Assembly (NCBI GenBank): GCA_028534125.1
Contig: CM052816.1
Location: 7,690,001 to 7,754,000 of the forward strand
Reading direction: 5' to 3'
DNA: 64,000 nt
Origin: Lama glama
Lineage: Eukaryota
This document shows, one piece after another, positions 46,297 through 62,001 of the stretch. Position 1 is the stretch's first letter. The number at the start of each line of letters is the position of its first letter. Below the pieces are notes generated by a model. That model did not search any database. It saw only the letters and a list, made by a program, of their open reading frames with translations, and was not told the origin of the DNA. The translations under genes were made by a program, and so were the position numbers.

Positions 46297-46712
46297 TGTA
46301 TTCATTTGCTTAGGCTGCCATACATAACAAAATACCACAAACTGAGTGGATTAAACAACAGAAATTTTTGTGTCATGGTTCTGGAGACTGGAAGTCAAAA
46401 TTCAAGGTATCAGCAGGGTTGGTTCCTTCTGAGGGCTGTGAGGGAACGATCTGTTCCAAGTCTCTTTGGCTTGTAGATGATTATCTTCTTATGTCTCTTC
46501 ATACCATCTTCCCTCTTTGTATACTTCTCTGTGTTCAGATTCCTCCTTTAATATGGACATCGGTCATATTGTATTAGGGTCCACCCTAATGACCTTAATT
46601 AACCAGTTACAACTACAGTTACCCTGTTTCCAAATAAGGTTACTTTGTCAGGTATACTAACGATTAGGAGTTCACCCTATGAATTTTTAGGGTATACAAT
46701 TCAGCCTTTAAC
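46297..46712. mobile_element. MaLR LTR (MLT1B/C-like)
   Basis: 'tgtattcatttgcttaggctgccata...aacaaaataccacaaactg...acaattcagcctttaaca'. Confidence 0.8.
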
Positions 46713-46931
46713 ATGTGGGTTCAACATTATTCTTTTCCTGTTAACTGTCCAGTTTCAGTAGTATTCATCAAATAATCTGTCTTCCTCAGTTCTTTGAATG
46801 CTGCCTTTATCGCTTATTAATTTACCATTTGTATTAGATAGGCATTTTACAATTTTGCTTTCAGTTTCCTGTTCTGTCTGGCTCTTCTTGCTGAAGGCAG
46901 GATTTTACATCATATATCCCAAACACTCTGA

Positions 46932-47165
<234 letters not shown>

Positions 47166-47376
47166 TAACTCAGACTTGTCCAGTCAAGTGCCTTTCCTTA
47201 TCAGTCGCCATGGTTAGGTGGTTCCTGAGTATATGATCTTTATACCTTCCCAAATGGAGGTCATTAGTTTGCTGAGGGCCAAATGGACTACTTCAGTGTA
47301 GACCTCCTTAAACTGCACCTTCTCTTTTGCCTTCTGTGCAGTCTATCCCAATTCCTCTGTGATTTCCATTTAATAG

Positions 47377-47472
47377 GGCATCCAGTTTCCAAACCAGATG
47401 TCATTTCCAAGTTGGAACAAGGAGAAGATCCGTGGATCATAAAGAGAGACATGCCAAATTGGGTCTATCCAG
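47377..47472 (+). CDS. ZNF300: ZNF300 KRAB-B exon (96 nt)
   Basis: GHPVSKPDVISKLEQGEDPWIIKRDMPNWVYP; aatag| acceptor and CAG|gtgaaa donor; phase-compatible with the flanking exons. Confidence 0.88.
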
Positions 47473-48645
47473 GTGAAAATCAGGCAGATGGGAAGTGAAG
47501 TATCAGTTTGTTTGTTTGTTTGTTTGTTTTACTTCATTGGTGTCTGATGCTTATGTTTGTCTCCTTAGTGAATTCTCTTATTCTTTGTTTCTGTGCTGAG
47601 AATTTAGTAGACACTCAACAAATAATTCATCAATTAAATAATTGTAAGCCTTTATAGGGGATAGCTATTTCTTATTGATCCTCCATGTATATAATATTTA
47701 TTATATTTTTTATTAAGTATTTATTACATTTCTTTACTGTATATGTAATGCCTTTTATGAAAAAGTTTAATAGGCAATAGAAGACAAACCCCTTCCAAGA
47801 GCATACATTGTACTTTAGAAGATAAGACCTCCAAATACGTGGCTGTACAAAAAAAAAAAAAAAAGGTCAAATGGTGTTATTGGTTTTAAAATTTCAGAGA
47901 AAATTAGAATCTACAGAGATGCGACGGAATTTAGAAGGCATTTTCCAGAGCATGCAGCTGTAGCTGCTTTGAAGATATATTAAATTGATGATGCTAAGGG
48001 AGGGGCTGAAGACAGACTGTAGTAGGGGTGGGCATGAAGAGTATATGAACAAAACTTTGAAGTTACAGACATATGGCTTTTCTTGGAGATCTTTGCCAGT
48101 TTTATTTGATAACATATAGAAGGAATTTATAGGGAATAGTAGAATTCAAGCTTGGATCCTTGGTGTGAATCTGATAACTGAATCAATAGCAGGATCTTGG
48201 ATTTTTCTGTTGTTTGTATTAGTTGTTAATTAGGAAAGTAGACTGAGGAGAGTTAAAGTATTGTGAGTGCAGAAGGGACCTGTTTCTTTGGATAGTGGTG
48301 GCAGGGTCACCTAGTAGGTCAAGTATATATGTAGCAAATGGTTTGTAAAATGAATTCAAAAGGTGAAGAGCATTTCCATTCAGAAAGCAGAAGAAATGGG
48401 CAAAATCTAGAAGAGTAATCCAAAATTAGAGTGATAATAATTCAGGCACTTCTCTGTCTCTTTCAGGTCTAGTTTTTCATGAGTATTTCTCTTTAACATC
48501 CTTGTCTATCCATTCCCCTGATCATACTGTATACTGTACTGTCTTATGAAATGGCTCACCTCCATCCCTGGTTTCTGAATTCATCAGCTTCATTGGATCA
48601 ATCTTTTGTTCCACTCCTCTGCATTCTGTTAATTGTTCTTAATGA

Positions 48646-50232
<1,587 letters not shown>

Positions 50233-50266
50233 ACACAGACAAGCCTTTAGTATTAGCTCAAGCCTT

Positions 50267-50272
50267 AATAAA
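50267..50272 (+). terminator. Candidate proximal polyadenylation signal AATAAA
   Basis: 35 nt after the stop codon; further AATAAA hexamers near 50549 and 50745. Actual usage unknown. Confidence 0.3.
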
Positions 50273-51834
50273 TAACAGGAACTGGATTAATTTGATAAAT
50301 TTGTGGAAGACATCTTTTTTATTTTTATTTTTATTTTTGTGGAAGACATCTTTATAGAGAAAATTTTACAATTCATGTCTATAGTGTGATACCTAACTCA
50401 GCAAAGATGATGGAAAGTATTTACATAAGTGAAGGACATTTTCACCATGGCATGTAAGACTTTCAGAGTTATGAACTGAGTGGTCAGTAGAACAAATTAT
50501 GTGTATAGAGTATTGTCAAGTTACATATTCCTTATTATACCACATAACAATAAACAGATTGTGAAATTGCTTGGCATAATTTAGGCTTTATACAGTAATT
50601 TGCCATAAAGGACATGAAGAAATCCTGAGTTAAAAAAATCAGTTCCTAGAAGTTGCATTATAAAGAGGGGCTTAGCATGACCCCTGAAGTTTCATGTCAA
50701 ATTCTTGGACAGAGATGGAGAGATAGGTTCAGTATTGATCAGATCAATAAAGGTGGTAATTATGCATTTTCCCATCTCAAGCATATAAGTTGACCTCTAT
50801 CTCTGGAAGGATCCTGGACCTTGAAATTGATGCTTCTTGACCAGGTCTCCCCTTTACTCTGCCTTACTTGGAATTTGGTATGATGAAAAGACTTTGATAC
50901 TGAACCGGATGGTCTGGGTTTTAATCCTGGCTCAACTGCTCAAAAGACTGTGTGACTTCAGGCAAGCCTACTTTACCCACCTGAATATTCTTATTGATAA
51001 ATAGAAGTGCAATGTAGAGCACATTTTCAGTTAATATTAGTCATTTTTGTCTTCCCTCTCTATCCTCCTGTAACAGGATGCTAAGACTAATGTATAAAAG
51101 CCACAACTTGCTTTGCAGTCCAGACACTCTGCTTTTATATCTTATTCCTATGACTGATTCATTTTACTGTCTTTGACCCTGGTGGCCTTGATTCTTGGTA
51201 TGTTAAAGTGACATTTTATTATACTTTTATTATTTTTTAGATTTATATAAACTGTGGTGATTGCATATAAAGACCCTGTCTAATGTCTCTTCATTTCCTT
51301 TTTGAACCCTGCCCTGCAGCCCCAACTGTTTTCCCTGGGAACCGAGGATACTTACAGAGGAAAACCCTTGGGGTAAGAATTGATGCCTGCCATAGATCTG
51401 AGAACTTAATATGTCTAAAATATCTCCTGTCCTTCCTGTGGTCCCACCTATTCCTCTATGAACAATTTGAAATGAGGACTCCTGCTGGAGGTACCCTGCA
51501 GGAGACCATACCTGGCAAGGAGGAGGGTGTCTGTATAGTTAAACATGGTTCACCCATGTTCAGATTGTCCTTTTATTGTATAGTTTTAATATTAAGAAAT
51601 GAACTAATTCTACATACAGCAACAAAGAGAAAATTTAAAGATACCATTTACATCAAAAATATAAAACACCTAAAATAAGTCTAATCATGAAGTGTGGGAC
51701 CTTTACATAGAAAATTATAAGACATCACTGAATAGAATTAAAGAAGGCTTAAATAAATTGAGGAACTTGTCAAGTTTGTTGGCTGGAAGACTCAGTATTA
51801 AAGATCCCAGATTTCCCCAAGGTGATTTGTATAT

Positions 51835-52339
51835 TGCTGGGGAGATGAGGAAAAAAATAGAAATCTGAGGGAACAAGCACATTCACAAATATAAAGTAAG
51901 CGCATTTTATTACTGAACAGCAACAACAACAAAACACCACGTAGCATGCAGGTAGCCAGCAACAGGCTGCAAATTTCTAGTGGATTTTTAGCTCCATTTA
52001 TATGGAATTAAAGCTACAGTTGTTTTAAATCATCCTGTCAATAAATGACAGCTATTTATTCATTTTTCATCCACAGTTACATAGCTTGCTCTGATATCCT
52101 GTTTTGCATAATTCTTTTTTTAATTGAAGTACAGGCAATTTACAATGTTGTGTCAGTTTCTGGTGTACAGTCATACATATGTTTTGCACAGTTCTTTATC
52201 AAATTTACTCTGATACTCTGTTCATAATTCTCTATCAGTACCTCCTCCTGTAGTTGCCCGTGACACTGTATCTAGCACATGTGATTAATCATATTCTTTG
52301 GCATTCCTCAGTAAAGTTAGATCAATTCAGTTTCCCACA
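51835..52339 (-). mobile_element. Solo LTR (ERV1-like) inserted in L1
   Basis: TGCTGGG...CCCACA termini, 4-bp TSD ATAT (51831-51834 and 52340-52343), L1 sequence resumes after it; minus-strand AATAAA near 51908. Confidence 0.65.
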
Positions 52340-52938
52340 ATATTAAATACATCCCTTATCAAAACCCCAGTAACTTAAAAAAAACTTACAATTTAATTAT
52401 AAAGTTATATGTGGAGATACTAAAAAGCAAGAATAGCCAAGACACTTCGAAGAGCAAGTTTGGGGAATTTGTCAGACTGAGAGTTCCTGTAAAGCAGTAG
52501 TAATTAAGCCAATGTGGTATTGCACATGGGAAGTCAACTAGACCATCCAGACAACGGTAAAACACAATCCAGAAATAGAAAATTACCTATAGACCCCTAA
52601 ACTATGACAAAAATGGCACAGTAGAGCAATAGGAGAAAAGTAGTAACTTGCTGGCTCAGTTAAACATCCATGTTGGTAAAATAAAAAATGAAAACAAATT
52701 TACTGCTTACCATTCACAGAATCATTTCCACCTAATAGATGGCAATAAGTAGAGATCATGTAGGAAGAAAGCCTGAAAATAAGCATCTGTCTCAATAGGT
52801 TAAATAAAAAATACTGTGAATTAAACAACAAGAAAAAGGAAGTGATAAAAATAAGGTAAAAATAGAGGGAAAAGCCATAAAATAGAAACAACAAAACAAA
52901 AACATTGTTGATTGAAAAGATTAATGCTGATGACAAAT

Positions 52939-53384
52939 TGAAACTATAATGGAGTAATCACACTTCAGGTGTACAAAAATGGTATCAGGCGGCTACTGAG
53001 GATCTGCACCACTGAGAACCTGAACTTTCTTTGAATTGTACCTGACCCCAGGACACCACCAGCTGTATTTAGAACAACACCTGCCAGCAACCTTATGGTG
53101 TCAACGTCTCCTCTTGTAACTGTGCAGCCATTTCAGATTCCAATCAGTTCTCACTTAACAAGCACCTTCTTGCCAGCTTCAGTTACAATTCTTGAGAAAC
53201 AACTCATGGAAATAACTGTCACTTTGTGGCTTTTTACCTTTATAAGCCTCCCTCACTTTGTAACCTAGCACAACACAATTCAAGTGCTTCTTGAATCTGC
53301 ATCTCCTGGGCTGAAGTCCCAGAAACTCAAAATAGACATCTTTTTATTTCAATCAAGTCGTCATTTCTGAAATTTTGGTTGACA
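52939..53384 (+). mobile_element. Probable ERV1 solo LTR
   Basis: TGAAAC...GTTGACA termini, TATA-like 'ctttataagcc' and an R-region motif 'gcttcttgaatctgcatctcctgggctg'. No clear TSD. Confidence 0.6.
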
Positions 53385-56300
53385 GTGCCATTGGTAATCC
53401 CATGGCAATACAGATAAGAAGACATAAATATCCGTTATAAGCAGTGGAAGGGAACAGCCTCACTTCAGAATCTACAGATACTTAAAAGGTTTTGAAAAGA
53501 TTTGAATATAACCAAATAAGAAAAAAATGACAATTCTACAATATCTGTTTCAGAAAAGAGAAGAGGAAGAAGGATCCCTGACATACTTTATGAGGCTAGC
53601 ATTATCCTGATGCTAAAGCCATAGAGAGACATAAGAAAAAAAAATAGTGACCAGTGTTTCTTCTGAACATAGGCACGACCATCAACAGAATATTTGCAAA
53701 TCCAATCTGGAAATATTTTGAAAAGAAAGTACATCATGGCCAAGTAGAGTTTAATTCAATAATGCAAGTTTGGTTCAACATACAAAAAAATAATTGGTGT
53801 AATTCATCATATCAGTAACCTAAAAAGAATGACCATATGATCATTTCTGTAGATGCAGGAAGTTTTTTTTGACAGAAATTCCACATCCATTTAGAACAAA
53901 AACTCAGCAACTTGCAGTAAAGGGCAGCTTCCTCAAATTGTTAAAGGACATCTATGGAAAATCTACAGTGTCATATTTAATGGTGAAAGACTAAATGCTT
54001 GCCCCAGGATTGGGAAAATGTTTAAGATGTCTGCTCTGCTCTTCCTAGTGAATATTTCACTGGTGATCTTAGCCAGTGCAACAGGAAAAACAACAAAAGT
54101 GGTGATAGTGCTGGTGGAGCATAGTCAGGAAAAGAAGAAATAAAATTGTCTTTATTTGCAGACAGCGTAGTCTTCTACACAGGAGGTTTCAAAAACCACA
54201 AACGAAAATTACTAGACCTAATAAGTGGGTTTCACAAAACATCTAAATAAATGAGGAGGTGTACTGTGTTTTCAGATAGAAAGTTTCCGTATTGATTAAG
54301 ATACCAGTTTTCCTCAAATTCATCTATATATTCAATACAATCACCCACAAAAAATATCTCAGGAGACATTTGTGTAGATTTGACAAGCTGATTCAAATAT
54401 TTATAGGGGAATGCAAGAGACCTAAAATAAACAGAACACCTTTGAAAAGAAAGAACAAGAAGACTCACATCACCTGATTTCAAGGCTTGTTATAAAGCTA
54501 GAGTAATCAAGGATATGGCATTGGCGTAAGAATAGACTGTCAGTGGAACAGTGTAGTCTAGAAATCAAACCACACGTGTGGGTAACAAATCTTTAACAAA
54601 GTTGTGACGGTAACAACAAACAAAAGGTAGTCTTTCAACAGACAATGCTGGAACATTTGGAAATCCATGTGCAAAAACAGACAAAACCCCTTGATTCTTA
54701 GCTCATACTCATACCATAAATAAAAATCAGCATGAAATAGGTCATGAGCATAAATGTAAGCATAGAAATTATAAAGAAGAAAACAAAATAACTGACTTTC
54801 ATTATGCAAAGATTTTTCAAACGACAAAAAACCCACAAAACATAAAATTAAAAATGAATAGAGTTCATCATCATGATAACTCCAAAATACACTGTCAGGA
54901 AAATGCCCTAGTTACAACCCTCTAGATTCGTCTGGCATATTTCCTCTACCAGACCTGGAGTCAGCTGTTGCTCCAAAGAGCACTGATTTCTCATAGTGGA
55001 GAATGGGATTGGAAAACCCAAATCTGCCTGCTTCATTCAGGTGCTCATGACCAATTGGATGTCACTGAGTCTAGATGACCTTCGGTGGACTTGGCAAGGG
55101 ATCAGAACATACTGTTTTAAATTATGAGTTTGTGCTGATCTGTTCATATTTTTCATAAAATCCTTGATACTATACTAGTGTTTCTTTCATCTTACACTGA
55201 AAATAATCGTTCCTAACTATATTAACAGAATTAATTAATTATTTTATCTTACAGTATGCCTAAACAAATTTAAAATTTTCAACACCAGTATTACTATAAC
55301 AATAAATGAATAAAAACAAAGCAGATGAACAAAATTTGTTCTTACGTTGATACCTTAGCTTTAATACTTTTCCATTTCAATGGCTATAAAAATTCAACCA
55401 AGGTAGAAGTAATTACATCAATAAGAGGAAAATGGAAACCTGGTAAGTATTCAAGGAAGTATAGTCATATATTAGATGATCTGTGAAAGCTCAGCCTCTC
55501 ATTTCTACCCGCAAAATTCTCTCTTTTAAAATCATCTTTACAGATGAATCCTTGAGATAGTTGTCCACACTGATTCTTAATTCTGGGTGTCTTTTTTGTT
55601 TTCTCATTGCCAGCTCATAATGCTTACATACCAGGCATAGCCAGGTTAACATTATTTCTTTCCATGCAGTTATATCTAGGAATTTCACCTTCCTCTCATG
55701 CCAGTAATAGTCTGGATGTTTGAGTCCTTACCTGCAGTAGCCCCAGAGGAACCCGTTCAGTCTTAATGAAGACTTCCTGTGGTGCATCCTAATACTGAAG
55801 ATTCCACATTCTAATGGCATGTGCTCTAAATGGATTACAGAGGTTTTGATACATTCCTCCCATAGGGAAATAACTGTATTTCTGACTTGGTGAGGAGACT
55901 GAAAGTTCACAGAACTCTCTAGGAAATCATTTAGTTACTGTCCAACAGCTAGTTTTGCAAATCTGGAGCTGTGAAGCATCTCAAGTAATTCTCCTGTCTC
56001 CTAAAGGGATTATCTCCAGTCTCCTAAAGGACTGTACCTCTTTCACACCACCAGGAGCTTCATAACCTTGTTGGTAATAGGAAGCACAGCCCTCCAAGCC
56101 TGTCTCTTCTCCATATCAGTGCCATGCCGTGCATGCCACTGTCACCACACCCTCCTCTTGGAATCTTTTCACCAGACGGAACAAGAAAGCATCTTTATGC
56201 AATGGCTGATACCAATATTTTAAAGCCAGGAAGCTGCTCTGAAGATGGTTCACGTTTTCTATTACCAAGACAAAACAAAACAAAAAACTGACTCCTTTCT

Positions 56301-56489
56301 TTTATACTTAAAAGGAAATCAAGATATCAAAAACAAAGCAAAACAAAACAAAAAGTAACTTAGTTTCCATTCTTCAGAAATCATAGTTTAAGATCAGATT
56401 TTTTTTCCAGATAGTTAACATACTGGTTATTTAATAGTAAATTGATTGGATGAGTTATTATGAATTATTATGTAGCTATCTTTAACAGT

Positions 56490-56966
56490 TCTTTTTTTTT
56501 TAATTGAAGTGTGGTTGATTTACAATGTGTTTCTCGTATACAGCGGAGTGATTCAATTATATAAAAGTGATCCAGTTTTATATACATAAATATATTCACA
56601 CTCATATATTTATATTTATATATTCTTTTCAGATTATTTTCCATTATAGGTTATTATAAAATGTTAAATATAGTTCTCTGTGCTATACAGTAGGACCTTG
56701 TTTATTTTATGTAGTGTCTGTTCATCCAAAACTCCCTCCATCCTCTTTCCTCTTTTGTAACAATAAGTTTGTTTTCTGTATCTGTGAATCTGTTTCTATT
56801 TTGTAAATAAGTTCATTTGTGTAATTCCCTCAGATTCCGCATATAAGTGATATCATATGCTATTTATCTTTCTCTGACTTACTTCAGTTAGTATTATAAT
56901 CTCTGGGTCCATCCATGTTGCTGTAAATGGCATTGTTTTATTCTTTTTATGGCTGAGTAATAGTCC

Positions 56967-57006
<40 letters not shown>

Positions 57007-57014
57007 TGTGTGTA

Positions 57015-57071
<57 letters not shown>

Positions 57072-57530
57072 CTCACATCTTCTTTGTCCATCTGTCGATG
57101 GACACTTAGATTGCTTCTATGTCTTGGCTTTTGTAAATAGTGCTGCTGTGAACATTCAGGTAAATATATCTTTTTGAGTTAGAGTTTTCTCTGGATATGC
57201 CCAGGAGTAGGATTGCTGGATCATATGATAACTCCATTTTTAGTTTTTTAAGGAATCTCCATACTGTTTTCCATAGTGGCTGCACCAAATTACATTCCCA
57301 CCAAAGTGTAGGAGGGTTCCCATTTCTCCACCCCTCTCCAGCGTTTATTATTTGTAGACTTTTTAATGATGGACATTCTGACTGGTGTGAGGTGATACCT
57401 CGTTGTAGTTTTGATTTGCATTTCTCTAGTAATTAGTGATGTTGAGCATCTTTTCATGTGCCTGTGTGCCATCTGCATGTCGTCTTTGGAGAAATGTCTA
57501 TGTAAGTCTTCTGCCCATTTTTTGATTGCC
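56490..57530 (-). mobile_element. Relatively young L1 3' end, antisense
   Basis: Poly-T then 'aattgaagtgtggttgatttacaatg'. ORF2 C-terminal peptides [28 protein letters not shown] and [16 protein letters not shown]. Confidence 0.9.
56969..57069. repeat. Compound (TG)n(TA)n microsatellite
   Basis: Directly visible TG run followed by a TA run, inside the L1. Confidence 0.95.
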
Positions 57531-58229
57531 CAGGTATTCTGATTCCACCATTCATACTCTTAAGCACTGTGTTGTGCTGCCTCTCTTGCAGACTGTTTTT
57601 TGAACTAGTTCATGATTTGTGATACCCACACAGAGTTTCTCCTGTTTAGCCAAGACTTATTATTGAAAAAAGTCTCCATTAAAAAAAACCTTTAAAAATC
57701 GCTATTTTAATCAATTTAAAGATTTAATCTTAATCCTTAAGTTTTGGTGTTCAAAAAGTACCTCTTCTGGGACCTGGAAATGAGATAACTTGTTGAGAAC
57801 ACATCTACATGGAAATCAAGCTGGATTTTTAAATGTGCTAAGAGAATCAATATCTAAAGAATATTAGGGAGGCCATTGATGCCACACTTTCAATGAACCC
57901 TGTATGCTCTGGCTCTAAGACTAAACCATCTAGAAATATAGTCCTTCTGGAGGTATGTCCTGATTGATGATACTCTTTTTTTTGCAAACAGACATTGGCT
58001 CCATATTTTGTTGAGATGATCAAGAGGAAGTCTAATCTAGTGCCTCATACTGCTTTGGTATTCCTTACCTAAGGAGACCCTTGGAGAGCTCCCATACGGC
58101 TGTCTGAAGAGTGTCATACCATCCATAATTACACCTGACCAAGGTAAGCCAAGCCAACCCTTGGAGGGGCCATGTGTTTATATAGTGGCAGAACATGACC
58201 ATGAACATACTGTAAGGCTCTTACACTAT

Positions 58230-59285
58230 AAATCAAGTGGTATATTACTTGCAGGTAGATTGGGATAGGCTAAAGGTGCATAGTGCAAATGGTAAATAAA
58301 CCACTAAAATAACAAAACAGAGTTAGTTATAGCTAATAATCCAAAAGGGGATCAAAAGGAATCACAACAAACATTCAGCTAATCCAACAGAAGCCAGAAA
58401 AAAGAAAAGAACAGATAGGACAGATAGAAAACAAAATAGAGACGATAGATTTAATCTAACAATTTAAATTATTATGTTACATATAAGTCCAAACACACCA
58501 ATTGAAAGAAGAGATTGTCATATTGACTAAAAAAGCATAGCTCAACTATATGCTGCCTACAAAAAATACACCTCATTTTTATGTAAAGACACAAATAGGT
58601 TAAAACTAAAAGGATAGAAAGATATACTAGGCTAACACAAGTCAAAAGAGAGGTGAAGGAGCTGTATTAATGTCAGACAAAATATATTTCAGAAAAAAGA
58701 TACTCAGGGATAAAGAAGACCATTTCATAATGATGAAGGGGTCAATTTATCAAGAGGATATAACCCTAAAAGTTTATGTACCTAATAGATGAGCTTTAAA
58801 ATACACAAAGCAAAAACTCATGGAACAGCAAGGAAAAATAGACAAATTTCATAGTTGTAGTTGGACCTTTCAGTCCCCTCTCAATAATTATTAGAACAAG
58901 GAAATAAACAAGTAGCAAAGATACAGTAGATAGACTTGAACATCATTGGCAACCAACTTGACTTAATTGAACATCCCACCCCAAAACTGCGGAGTGCGCT
59001 TCTGGATGCAGAACATTTACCAAGGCAGGTCACAATCTGAGGTCATAAAACAAGTCTCAACAAATTTAAAAGGTAAAGTATATTCTCTGACAACAGCAGA
59101 ATTAAGTTAGAAACAATAATAGAAAAGCATCTGTACAATCCTCAAATACTTGGAAACTAAGTAGCATCCTTTTAAATAATACACTGGTCAAAGAGAAAAT
59201 AAAAAAGGAAATGAATTATTGTGAACTGAATGAAATGAAAACACAAGGTATCTAAATTTGTGAGATGCCTCTAAAGCAGTCATGT
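58230..59285 (+). mobile_element. L1M inter-ORF and ORF2 endonuclease fragment
   Basis: 'caactatatgctgcctacaa' (TICCLQ), 'ataatgatgaaggggtcaatt' and 'attctctgacaacagcagaattaa'. Confidence 0.8.
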
Positions 59286-60269
59286 TAAATTCTGGCATCA
59301 CATTTCTTGAGCACATCTTCCTACCTTTCCACCTGTCACAATAACCTACTCCCATCATACTTTCTCTGCAATGTAAGTTCTAAGATATCATTTCTACCTC
59401 ATCCAGCAGATGGCCTCATTTGTTTCTTCATGAAGAAAATAGAGGTTTTCAGGTATGAAATTCATCAACTTCATGACTTCTCACATGCAAAATTGCAAAC
59501 CAATCATATTTTGCTCTCCAAAATTATCCAAAGGTGATCCTTACATCTCTTCCCATGTTATTATAGACCTAATTTTATATACAGATCCACTTCTCTCCTA
59601 TATCATCAGTCCCCAGTAGAACATTTTCATTGAACTAATTTAAAAAATTTCAAAACTATTATTTGTTAAAACGAGCCCCTCTTTGAGCCCACCTCTCCCT
59701 TAGCTACTTTCTTATTACTCATCTCCTCCTTAGAACCAAATGTCTTTAAAAGGTGGTCTCGAACTCCTTTATACATCTTTACTTTCTATTGACTAGTCAT
59801 TTCAATACATCCTCCTCCCATGCTCTGTCCTGTGCCAATTTCACGTCTCTCTTTCTGTGTCACATGTGAGATTCTATTTTTCAAATCTGAAAGACACTAA
59901 GCTTAAATTAGTGCAACTCTGAGAAGAATCTTTCAGTGTGACTGCTTGCCCATTATCTCTCTCTTCCATCTTACCACTGTTTTCTTTTCCTTTTTCCTCT
60001 CTGGCCATTTCCTCTCAGGTCCCTCATAACTTATTCTTCCTTCCTTTATCTGTTCCAGAAAGGTTAGCATTTTCTACATTCTGACTTTCAGCCCTCTTCT
60101 TTCTGCCAAGAGGCAGCAGCAGTCCAAGGTCAGAGAGTGGGGAGTGAGGCCAGTGTTTTCATTCCTTAGGTCCCTTCCTGTTTCCCACATCCCTCCTGGT
60201 CCAGGGAGTAGTAGCTCTGCAGTGTTGCTAGCCTCAGGATGCTTCACCCCAGAATGTGTCTCTTTGATC

Positions 60270-61975
60270 AGATGTGTCAGTCAGCTTCAGCTAAGTTATG
60301 CTGCAGTTAAAAACCTCCCCACAATCTCAGTGACTTTCAACAAAGAGTTTATTTCTTACTGCTCTTACATACCTAGAGTGGCTCAGCTCCAGGATTCAGG
60401 CTGATTAGTTATCTGGGATATTGCTAGTCTCGGGGGAAGGAAAAAAGGTGACAGAACACATGATAATTTTTAAAGCTCCTTCTTAAAAGGAGCACATATC
60501 ACTCTCATGTTCATCCATTGGCCGAAATATGTCATATGTTCATGTCTGAAGTTTATGGTGCAAAAAGTCTAATTGTCCCTCAGTGAAGGGCCTAATGTAG
60601 CAGACAGGCTCAAAGATAGTCCCCTCTTACATCCACATCTTGATAGTCACCCCTTGTGCAGTTCTCTTGAATGTGGATGGGCCTGTGACTTGTCTCTGAC
60701 ATAGACTATAGCAAAGATGATGGGGTGTTACTTCTGCTATTATGTAACAAAGATGAAAATCTCTTACTAGTAGCTGTTCTCCCTTGCTGGTTTTGCTGAA
60801 GCACTCCACTCGTGTTGAGAGCTGTGCTGTGGAGAGAGTGCCCCATGACAGGGAACTGAGGGTGGCTCTAGCTGGCAGCCAACAAGAGAAAAGCCCATAA
60901 GAAAATGAATTCTGCCAACAACCTGAGTGCCTGAGTGAGTTTGGAAGCATATCCTTGTCCACTTGAAAATTCAAATTGAGACCCCAGCCCTGGCTGACAA
61001 CTTCATTACAACCTGTGAGAAACACTGAAGCAAAGGACCCAGTTTAAGTTGTTCCTGGATTCCTGATCCACCCAATCTATAAAATAATAAACATTAATTT
61101 TTTTCAAAGAAACTAGTTTGTGGAAATTTGTTGTACAGCAACTGGTAACTAATACAGCCATGTTCAAAGGTTCTGATAGGAAAGAATAGAAAATGTTTTT
61201 GAACAATAATTCAACTTGCCCGGTCCGCTTTTATGACCACAGATATTTACCTCCTCTAAGTTAGCATGCAAAAATCCTCACCCACCTCCCAAAAGGAGGC
61301 AACCAAAATTTCTATCATTTTGGCCTATGGCCAGGAACTCATCATAGTTTCTGTTTAAGTTTCAGAGACCTGTGAACTAAAAAAAATCACATTTTCTGCC
61401 CCCCCCCCAAATCCAACATTCAGTGAAAGGAGAGAGAGAGGATAACCACAATGAACGTTTCCATTTGGAAAGAGGAAGAGCGGGAGGCTATGGTAGTCTC
61501 TTACATCAATGGCCACTAAGGGACAACTCATTCTGATGTGTCCCTAACTTAGTCCTCTCCTGTTGAATTTAAGCTGGCCTTGTGATTTAGTTAAACGGTG
61601 TAATGCTGCAGAAGTAAGTTTGTGTTAAGTCCTGTCCTAAGCCTTAAAAAGGCCTGACAGCTTCCAGTTTTGAACTTCTAGGATCCAGGCACCATGGAGA
61701 AGACGTATGATTATCCTGAAACTGCAATACTTTTAAGGAAGCCTGTGCGAGCCACCTGGAGAGATCACATGGAGGAGAACCAAAGTGCTCCGAATGATAG
61801 CCTCACATGAGATTCCAGCCTCAGCAAACACCAACTGCCACCATCCTGGATGTTCCAAACCAGTTGAGACTTGAGATGACTGCAGCCACAGCTCACATCA
61901 TGTAGAGAAAAACTATTCAGGTGAATCCAACGAGCCCACAGACTTATGAGCAGCAGTGAATGGTCGTTGCTGACT
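60270..61975. mobile_element. Cluster of MaLR (MLT1-family) LTR fragments
   Basis: MLT1 motifs at ~60273-60570, ~60600-61155 ('gaattctgccaacaacctgagtg', 'tggtaactaataca') and ~61500-61975. Confidence 0.65.
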
Positions 61976-62001
61976 GAAGCCAGTGAACAAGGTGGGTAGC
62001 A

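Larger units (their letters stand above)
51590..54900 (+). mobile_element. Sense L1M ORF2 fragments interrupted by two LTRs
   Basis: Degenerate ORF2 peptide in ORF 54292-54477; 'ggaagactcagtatt' and 'tctttatttgcagacagc' (FADD region). Confidence 0.8.

Noticed and set aside
56894..57177. ORFs with YI, HT or CV dipeptide repeats
   Set aside because: They are translations of the (TG)n(TA)n microsatellite inside an L1.
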